A stretch of DNA of 32,238 nt from a virus (taxonomy: Duplodnaviria > Caudoviricetes), in IMG/VR virus record IMGVR_UViG_3300005805_000284, positions 1 through 32,238 of that record. The stretch is one strand, 5' to 3'. Below, one piece after another: positions 26,081 through 32,238 of the stretch. Numbering within the stretch: position 1 is the first letter of the stretch; every line of letters starts with the position of its first letter. Both the position numbers and the translations under genes were made by a program. The notes beneath the pieces were generated by a model. It ran no database searches. It saw only the letters and a program-made list of their open reading frames with translations, and was not told the origin of the DNA.

Positions 26081-28608
26081 CAGATCTTCCCCGCCGCGAT
26101 GAGACGGTTCATCTCCTCGATGTCCGACTCGGTTCCGAGTTCTTCCTGCGCGACGAACGGGACGGCAGTACAGCGGCAGTTGATCACCTCTTCCGCAGGC
26201 GCGCCGATCTCGCACGGATGCCGGAGACCGTTCGGGAACTTCTCCCCGATGCGGACGCTCCCCTGATCCTGATGGGACGGACGCGCGTCGGAAGCCGCCG
26301 ACCACTCGTGGTGGGTGAACCCTTCTTCCTTCGCGGCGCGGTTCTTGAACTGCTCCTGAATGAACCCCGTCTCGGTGCGCGCGATCGTCATCGCGTCGGA
26401 CACGATGAAGCGTCCCATCGTCGCCTCGACGGTCTTCGCGAGATCCGTCACGGAGCCGATGCCGTCCGTGCCGATGCGGGTCAGGATCGTCTGGTTGAAG
26501 CGGGTCGCCGCCTTGCGGGTCACGCGCATCATCGAGGCGGTGCGCTTCCCGGCTTCCTCGATCCACTCTTTATCGGCGGGGGTCACGACCGAGAAACCGC
26601 CGATCGCGACACGGACTTCGTTCAACGCGGCTTCCGCGATCTCCGGCGCGATCTGTCCGAGGATCTCGCGCGCGCGAGCCTCCCACCGATCCGGCGCGGT
26701 TTTCACCCAGTCGAGGAACGCGGGAGGCCACGAGAACTCGACGCCTTGCGGCTGAAGCCGTTGGGTCACCGTCGTCAGCGTCACGGTGTCGTTCGCCTTC
26801 GTCGCGGTCTCGGCGTCGGCTTCCGCCTCGCGCGTCTGATTCACGGCGAGCGCGGGTTCGAGGACGGACGAGAACTCGTCGACGGCGGCGACTTCCTCGG
26901 CGCGAAGTTGCCGGAACACCTTCTGCATCGCGACCCGCAGGATCTTCTCGACCTTCGACGCGTCGCGGCTTTTCGCGTTCCACGCCTTCACGACGCGGAA
27001 CGTCTTCCCCTCGGAGGTGAACCGATCGCCGACGCGGACGCCGCGCATATTCGCGGACTTATGCGCGACCCCCTGCGCGGGGTTCTGCGCGACCGAAGCG
27101 GCGACGGGTGCGGCGGGAGGCGCGACGGGTTCCGACGCCGCAGGACGCGCGGCAGCGGCGCGGGCGGCGGGTTCGATGAGCGCGCGCGCTTCCTCGGCGG
27201 AGATCGTCGGGAAGGCGATCTGTAGCGTCACGATCGCGGACTCCGCCGGGAGTTCCCCGTTCGCGACGGACTGGACGATCTGAACGAGCGAGGTCACCTG
27301 CGCGCCGTTCATCGCGGTCTCCGCAACGGACGCGGGCGCGGCGGGCGTCGGCGTCGAGACGTCGGGCGTCCCGGCGGTCGGGAGTTCGGGGACGTCGAAG
27401 GTCGGCTCCTCCTCGATGCCGAGACCGAGGCGAACGTTCACGGCTTCCTTCGAGTATCCGGCGGCGACGAGGATCTGCGCTTGCTGCGCCTTCTCCGTCA
27501 TCGGAGCCTGTAACGCCTCGACCTCGGAGACGTCGAACTCCGCCCATACGTCGCGACCGATGCGCGCCGAAAGCGGTTCGAGGAGCCACGACCACAGGGT
27601 CGACTCGATCAGGCGCAGGCGCGGGAGGATGGTCTTCTCCCACGTGTTCGCCTTCGCGGTGAGCGACGACGCGCGGTTCGTCTCCTCGACTTCGCCGAGG
27701 TCGAACTTCGTCACGCCGAGGACGGCGAGGATCTCCGACTTGCCCCAACCGAGGGCCTCGGTGAATGCCATGTCTTTCGCGGTGACCGCGATCGGCTCGT
27801 ACTTCAGACCGCCGGAGAGGATCGCGAGCCGCGCGGACTTGATCGCGCCGCGATGTCGGTCTTCCCACTGCGAGCGGAGTCCCGTCGCCTCGTCCTGCGT
27901 GAGCGGCGAATCTGAGTAGATGATGCCGCCCGGGTCGGCTCCGTTGGCGAGGAGCGCGTTGTTGAACTGCGTCGCGCGTAGTTCGTAGTTGAACGACGGC
28001 AGGACGGGCGTGATCGGCGCAAGACCTCGGTACGGGTTCGCGGGGTCGAACTCTTTCGGATGCCCCACCTGCTCGGCGGTGAAGCGGAACACCTCGCCGT
28101 TCGCGTTCGTCGTCTGCCACCCGAGGACGATGCCCGTCCGTTGATCGATGTCGGGAACCATGCCGTCGGGTCGGACGATCAGGATCTCGGCGGGAATCTC
28201 GCCGCGTCGAAGCGGGGAGCCGTCCGCCGCGTAACCGATCCAGAAGCACTCGCCGTTCAGGTCGAGATAGATCGACGTCGCCTCGATGAACTCGTGCCCC
28301 GACATGAGCGGAGACGGCGATTCGAGGAGGCGTCGAAGCGTGTCGTCGCCGCGCACGGGTTCGCCGTCGCGATCGCGTCGAGATCCCGTGAGGATCTCAA
28401 GCGGGACGCTCGCGCACATACGCGCTTTGAGTTTGATCGCCGCGTGCGCCCATGCGTTCTGGGCGTAGGCGTTCGACACCGTTTCCTCGGTCTGAAGGAG
28501 CCGACGCGGGAGCCAGAACCACTCCGTGCCGGGAACGGTCTTCGTGCGCGCCTGCGCGGTTCGCGCGCGCGTGAACGCCGGACGCCCGTTGAGGATCTTC
28601 CCCTTCAC
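26080..28608 (-). CDS. Portal protein (HK97-like) fused to a MuF-like head morphogenesis domain (842 aa)
   Basis: LDLNGECF, GLAPI and NGADPGGI portal motifs, a Pro/Ala linker, and C-terminal TIARTET...EW...RPSH...EVINCRC. Confidence 0.92.
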   Translation of the reverse strand: MKGKILNGRPAFTRARTAQARTKTVPGTEWFWLPRRLLQTEETVSNAYAQNAWAHAAIKLKARMCASVPLEILTGSRRDRDGEPVRGDDTLRRLLESPSPLMSGHEFIEATSIYLDLNGECFWIGYAADGSPLRRGEIPAEILIVRPDGMVPDIDQRTGIVLGWQTTNANGEVFRFTAEQVGHPKEFDPANPYRGLAPITPVLPSFNYELRATQFNNALLANGADPGGIIYSDSPLTQDEATGLRSQWEDRHRGAIKSARLAILSGGLKYEPIAVTAKDMAFTEALGWGKSEILAVLGVTKFDLGEVEETNRASSLTAKANTWEKTILPRLRLIESTLWSWLLEPLSARIGRDVWAEFDVSEVEALQAPMTEKAQQAQILVAAGYSKEAVNVRLGLGIEEEPTFDVPELPTAGTPDVSTPTPAAPASVAETAMNGAQVTSLVQIVQSVANGELPAESAIVTLQIAFPTISAEEARALIEPAARAAAARPAASEPVAPPAAPVAASVAQNPAQGVAHKSANMRGVRVGDRFTSEGKTFRVVKAWNAKSRDASKVEKILRVAMQKVFRQLRAEEVAAVDEFSSVLEPALAVNQTREAEADAETATKANDTVTLTTVTQRLQPQGVEFSWPPAFLDWVKTAPDRWEARAREILGQIAPEIAEAALNEVRVAIGGFSVVTPADKEWIEEAGKRTASMMRVTRKAATRFNQTILTRIGTDGIGSVTDLAKTVEATMGRFIVSDAMTIARTETGFIQEQFKNRAAKEEGFTHHEWSAASDARPSHQDQGSVRIGEKFPNGLRHPCEIGAPAEEVINCRCTAVPFVAQEELGTESDIEEMNRLIAAGKI

Positions 28609-29999
28609 AGGATCGCTACCTTCCTCGCCAAGCCGGAGCCGAGCGCGATCACAAGCGCGTCGCCGAAGTCAGGCGAGCGACGGATCCGAGCGCGGATCGC
28701 GTCCTTCGGCTCGACCGTGAACCGACCGCGCGAGTCGTACCAGTAACGAACCGACGCGAGGTCGGCGATCACTTCGCGGAACTTCGACGGGATCGAGATC
28801 TGCCGCGCGCGCACGACCGAGCGGAGCGCGGCGTGGAGTTCGCAGCGGCGATTCGGGAACGCGGCTTCGCGACCGAGGAGCGTCTGCCAGTCGCCGACCG
28901 CGCCCGCGCCGAAGTCGACAGCGGTCACGCGGACGTTCTGTTCGCGGAGTCGGTCGACGACGCCCGCGCCGATCCCGCACGAGTCGACGCAGACGTTCCT
29001 ACCTTCGACGCCGTGACGGCGCATCGCGTCGATCAGGCGTCCCGTGGTCTGCATCAGATCTTCGCCGCGCCACGATTCGACGGCGACGAGGCGGCGCGAT
29101 TCGTCGAGGACGACGAGGACGTTCGCGTCCCCGCCCATGCGCGCGACGTCGAGACCGATGCGACGCGGTTCGCGGACACCCGTCGCGACGTTCTCCGTCG
29201 CTTCGAGTTCGGCGACCGACACGAGCGAATCCGAACCCGCCGCCGGGAACTGACCGCAGACACGCGACGCCCAGAACGAGGAGTCCTCGCCTTCGCGCGC
29301 GCGTACTTCCTCGACCCACTCACGCGTCACCGCGCCGGGGATGATCTCCTCGCCTTGCGCGACGTTGGGGTGTTCGAGGCACGAGACCTTAATCACGTTC
29401 CACCGTTGCGGGTTCAGATGCGCGTCGAACAGGTAGCCGGACGGCGTGACCGGGTTAAACGCGACGACGAGCGACGAGCCGCCCGACGAAAGGAGCGAAT
29501 CGATCGCGCCCCACATCTTCGGGTCTACGCCCTCGGCCTCGTCGACGATCACGAGTACGCGTCGCGAGTGAATGCCCTGAAGCGCGGTCGGGTCGTCGAC
29601 GGCGACGATGGACGCGCGCGAACCGTCGGCGACCGTCCAGTCAGTCTCGCCCATGCGACCGCCGAGAGGGAGTCGCGCTTCGCGGTGTAGTTTCTGAACC
29701 TCGCCCCATAGCGCGTCGTGGACTTGCCGATACGTCGACGCCATACAGACGACGCGGCAGTCCGGCTCCGTCGTCACCGTCTCGCAGATGAGCGAGGCGA
29801 GGGTTCGGGTCTTCCCGACGCCGTGCCCCGACATGACGAGCGTGCGACGGTGTTCGCGCGCCGAACGCAGGATCTCGCGCTGACGCGACCACGGCGTCCA
29901 CCCGAGAACCGACTGCGCGAAGAACGCGGGGTCGAGCGCGACCGCATCGAGAACGGTGCGGGCTTGGCAGCGTTGAACCGCGTCGGCGTATCCGCTCAC
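28605..29999 (-). CDS. terL: Terminase large subunit (464 aa)
   Basis: GTGA overlap at 29996-29999. Walker A SGHGVGKT, Walker B VIVDEAE, nuclease motifs GLDVAR and SPDFGDAL. Confidence 0.94.
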   Translation of the reverse strand: MSGYADAVQRCQARTVLDAVALDPAFFAQSVLGWTPWSRQREILRSAREHRRTLVMSGHGVGKTRTLASLICETVTTEPDCRVVCMASTYRQVHDALWGEVQKLHREARLPLGGRMGETDWTVADGSRASIVAVDDPTALQGIHSRRVLVIVDEAEGVDPKMWGAIDSLLSSGGSSLVVAFNPVTPSGYLFDAHLNPQRWNVIKVSCLEHPNVAQGEEIIPGAVTREWVEEVRAREGEDSSFWASRVCGQFPAAGSDSLVSVAELEATENVATGVREPRRIGLDVARMGGDANVLVVLDESRRLVAVESWRGEDLMQTTGRLIDAMRRHGVEGRNVCVDSCGIGAGVVDRLREQNVRVTAVDFGAGAVGDWQTLLGREAAFPNRRCELHAALRSVVRARQISIPSKFREVIADLASVRYWYDSRGRFTVEPKDAIRARIRRSPDFGDALVIALGSGLARKVAIL

Positions 30000-30370
30000 G
30001 TCAGAACCTCGGAGACGAAGACCGTGCCGTTCAGGGTCGCGCCTGACGCGCCGCCGATGACGCCGAGACCGACGCCCGCCGGGATCGTGAGGTGTAGATT
30101 CGTGATCGTCCACGGCTTCGCGTAGTCGCCTGCGGTCGTCTTCTGAATCGGGATCACCGTCCCGAACAGTTTCGTCCCGTCGGCGTAGCACAGAGCGAGC
30201 GGGCACGCGTCCGCCGACGAGTCGGAGACGGTCAGCGACCACCCGGAGACGATGAGCGCGCGCGGGTGTTCCTGCGCGTAGATCTCGACGATCGTGTCGG
30301 CCTCGAAGGTCATCTGTTCGAGGCACGCGTGATCGCCGTAGACCGAGGTCGTCGCAACTCCACCGCCCAT
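29996..30370 (-). CDS. Small beta-rich protein, paralogue B (124 aa)
   Basis: Coupled to terL. Shares YGDH, GWSLT, WT.T and G..FVSE with the adjacent gene. Confidence 0.75.
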   Translation of the reverse strand: MGGGVATTSVYGDHACLEQMTFEADTIVEIYAQEHPRALIVSGWSLTVSDSSADACPLALCYADGTKLFGTVIPIQKTTAGDYAKPWTITNLHLTIPAGVGLGVIGGASGATLNGTVFVSEVLT

Positions 30371-30374
30371 CGGA

Positions 30375-30716
30375 TCAGATCTCCGACACGAAGATGATGC
30401 CGTCGAGGACGCCGCCCGTCGCGCCGCCGTTAATCTTGAGAACCTCGTTCGCCGCGCCGTTGATGCGGATGCCCGTCACCGTCCAGAGAAGGAGCGGCGA
30501 TCCGGCGACCGTGCCCGCGATCGGGAACTTCGTCGCCGCGTGCGAGTTCGACCCGAGGACGATCGTCGCCTGACAAGCGGCGGTGTTCCCCGAGCAGGTG
30601 AGCGACCACCCGGTGATGACGAGACGCTTCCCGCTCGAAGGCGTGAGAACGTTCGTGAGGTTCCCCGTGAAGGTCTCGGAGACGAGCGCGACATGATCGC
30701 CGTAGGTGGTTGCCAT
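30375..30716 (-). CDS. Small beta-rich protein, paralogue A (113 aa)
   Basis: GAGGT RBS, starting just after the terS stop. Same motifs as paralogue B. Confidence 0.75.
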   Translation of the reverse strand: MATTYGDHVALVSETFTGNLTNVLTPSSGKRLVITGWSLTCSGNTAACQATIVLGSNSHAATKFPIAGTVAGSPLLLWTVTGIRINGAANEVLKINGGATGGVLDGIIFVSEI

Positions 30717-30718
30717 CG

Positions 30719-31141
30719 TTAGACCTCGGAGGACGGCGGCGGCGACTCAGCGTCGCGCGCGGCGTTCTTCGTCTTGCGCGCTTCGCGCATGAGTTCGGAG
30801 AGACCGACTTGCAAGTTGCCCGACAACTGCGTCGCGTTCTGTTGCCTGTAGTCGTCAGGGCGACGGCGTTCGAGCCACCACGCGGCAGACTGCCACGCGG
30901 TCTGAGAGTTGCGGTCGGCGTGGAAGTTCCCGCGAACCGCGGCGACGGCTTCGGCCTCGGCTTCCGCTTCGGCTTTTCCCACGGCGTCCGAAAACTCCGC
31001 GTCCTCGTTCAGCCACCGATAGAACGTGTCCGGCGCGACGTGAAGCGCGGCGGCGGTTCGACGCGGCAGACCCTTGCGAAGATCCGCGAGGATCGCCTCG
31101 ACGAGTTCGGGCGTCTTGATGGTGGGTCGGCCTCCGGCCAT
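30719..31141 (-). CDS. terS: Terminase small subunit (140 aa)
   Basis: MAGGRPT start, HTH (TFYRWL...EFSDAV) and WQSAAWWLERR. Upstream of terL. An alternative start at 31216 is possible. Confidence 0.82.
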   Translation of the reverse strand: MAGGRPTIKTPELVEAILADLRKGLPRRTAAALHVAPDTFYRWLNEDAEFSDAVGKAEAEAEAEAVAAVRGNFHADRNSQTAWQSAAWWLERRRPDDYRQQNATQLSGNLQVGLSELMREARKTKNAARDAESPPPSSEV

Positions 31142-31208
31142 GTCGTCATCATGCGCCCTCGGCGTAACGGTCGCACGGATCGGGCGCGTACCTTGTCGCG
31201 AGATACCA

Positions 31209-31973
31209 TCACTCACCCTCCGAGGATGACGCCCGCGTAAGTTCCGAGAACCTTCTACCCGCTAGACGCTTGTTGAAGTGAGGGATGTTGTTCGCGCGGA
31301 TGCCGATCTTCCGACTCGGAGCGACGACGCATAGAAGGTCGTGCGGCGTCTGCGAGAAGTAGCCGCCGCTCGTGATCGCCTCCTCGGTCGGGAATACGTC
31401 GGCGTGACGATCAGCGTCCCGGTCGATCAGGGAGTCCTCGCGCCCTCCGAACGAGAGACAGAACAGGAAGTTCGCGGGAACGGTCTCGACGTCCAGACGC
31501 TTGAACCACGCGACCTGTTTCGTGTAGGTGTAGAACAGAACGTCAGGACGCGAGCGCGCGACGTGCATCCACGCCGACAGGTATTCCTCGGAGAAGAAGT
31601 CTCCCGAGTCGTGGATGCGAACGCACGCGCTGCCGACATCGAGGAGCGCGGCAACGGTCGGGGAAAGATGATCTCTCGATAAGTCGGGAAGAATCGGACG
31701 CCCCTTCGCTCGGTACTTCTTTCTCCCGAGTTCCGCGATCATCGCCGTCGTCCAGTCGTCCAGTCGATACGCGACGTGTTCGAGGTTCCGAACGTGCGCC
31801 GCCTTCACGTTCGAGAAGTTATACGCGCCGTTGCGCGCGTAACAGACTCGGATGCACCCCTTCGCGTTCGGGCACACGTTCCACGTTCGACCCTGAGTAT
31901 CCGTCACGACCCACGCGGGGAGAGTCCAGTTCCAGATACCTAGAGGACGGAGTTCTGAGTTCTGCGTCAGCAT
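31209..31973 (-). CDS. GP88-like protein with a Cys motif resembling Fe-S-binding proteins (254 aa)
   Basis: CPNAKGCIRVCYA, RIHDSGDFFS and FYTYTK motifs. AGGAG RBS before ATG 31973 (alternative ATG at 32000). Confidence 0.78.
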   Translation of the reverse strand: MLTQNSELRPLGIWNWTLPAWVVTDTQGRTWNVCPNAKGCIRVCYARNGAYNFSNVKAAHVRNLEHVAYRLDDWTTAMIAELGRKKYRAKGRPILPDLSRDHLSPTVAALLDVGSACVRIHDSGDFFSEEYLSAWMHVARSRPDVLFYTYTKQVAWFKRLDVETVPANFLFCLSFGGREDSLIDRDADRHADVFPTEEAITSGGYFSQTPHDLLCVVAPSRKIGIRANNIPHFNKRLAGRRFSELTRASSSEGE

Positions 31974-32238
31974 GGGTTCGCTCCTGCGTGCTTCCGACAT
32001 TCCTCGCGCACGAGACGCTCCGCGCCGTCGGCCGACGTACAGATCGCGCCGAGACCCCCGGCGACGCAGACCGCCGCGAGGAACTCGACCTGCTCGGTGG
32101 TCGCGACGCCGCCCGGCTTCTTCACCTCGATCGCGACGATGCGCCCGTGATCGCAGAACCCGAGGAGGTCGGGCGTGCCCGGCTCGGCGGCGTGTACGAC
32201 GCGTCCCGACGCGCCCCGGAACCGTCCCGCCTGTACGC
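31967..32238 (-). CDS. VRR-NUC domain nuclease, 5'-truncated by the window edge
   Basis: Manual translation gives ...GTPDLLGFCDHGRIVAIEVKKPGGVATTEQVEFL...GG..., a PD-(D/E)xK VRR-NUC signature. TGA at 31969-31967. Confidence 0.88.
   Translation of the reverse strand, partial: VQAGRFRGASGRVVHAAEPGTPDLLGFCDHGRIVAIEVKKPGGVATTEQVEFLAAVCVAGGLGAICTSADGAERLVREECRKHAGANPC

Larger units (their letters stand above)
1..32238. mobile_element. Tailed dsDNA phage (siphovirus-like) genome segment or prophage interior
   Basis: Terminase-portal-protease-capsid-neck-tail tube-chaperone-TMP-tail tip-fibre-holin order on the - strand and a YqaJ/RecT module on the + strand. No host genes, integrase or att site are visible in the window. 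Confidence 0.97.

Noticed and set aside
23577-27225. Long + strand ORFs (388, 503, 335 aa) opposite the head genes
   Set aside because: High-GC shadow ORFs with no motifs or RBS. The - strand genes explain the region.
24740-30326. Arg-rich N-terminal extensions of the listed protease (from 26566) and TerL (from 30326) ORFs, and similar extensions in other late genes
   Set aside because: They overlap real upstream genes. The true starts coincide with stop/start overlaps at 26080 and 29999.
31191-31197. ACAAGG motif recurring in - strand gaps (also near 5521, 5602 and 20630) as a possible late promoter element
   Set aside because: Too short, and in two cases it is simply part of the Shine-Dalgarno sequence.
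1-32238. tRNA, rRNA, integrase or att sites
   Set aside because: None recognised. Coding density leaves almost no room, so lifestyle cannot be determined from this window.

Overview
About 32 kb of a high-GC tailed phage genome with siphovirus organisation and an HK97-type head. Two arms converge at ~4203-4229. The + arm (1-4202) carries small hypothetical genes, a YqaJ exonuclease/RecT recombination pair, wHTH and RHH-like regulators, and a C5-cytosine methyltransferase with a second long ORF nested in its +1 frame. The - arm (32238-4230) is a tightly coupled late operon. In transcription order it holds: VRR-NUC, GP88-like, TerS, two paralogous small proteins, TerL, portal-MuF fusion, prohead protease/scaffold, major capsid, decoration, connector, neck, an extra Dit-like gene, terminator, tail tube, gpG/gpGT chaperones (clear -1 frameshift signal), tape measure, Dit-like, gpL-like, an NlpC/P60-gpI-gpJ fusion, a chain of repeat-rich fibre genes, and holin/lipoprotein genes with no recognisable endolysin. 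The best leads are the dual-coded methyltransferase locus, the duplicated Dit-like domain in the neck region, the paralogue pair splitting the terminase genes, a GGA-repeat hairpin upstream of the lysis genes, the modular fibre chain, and apparent avoidance of AGCT, CCWGG and GGWCC. All assignments come from reading motifs and synteny by eye. No searches or counts were run.
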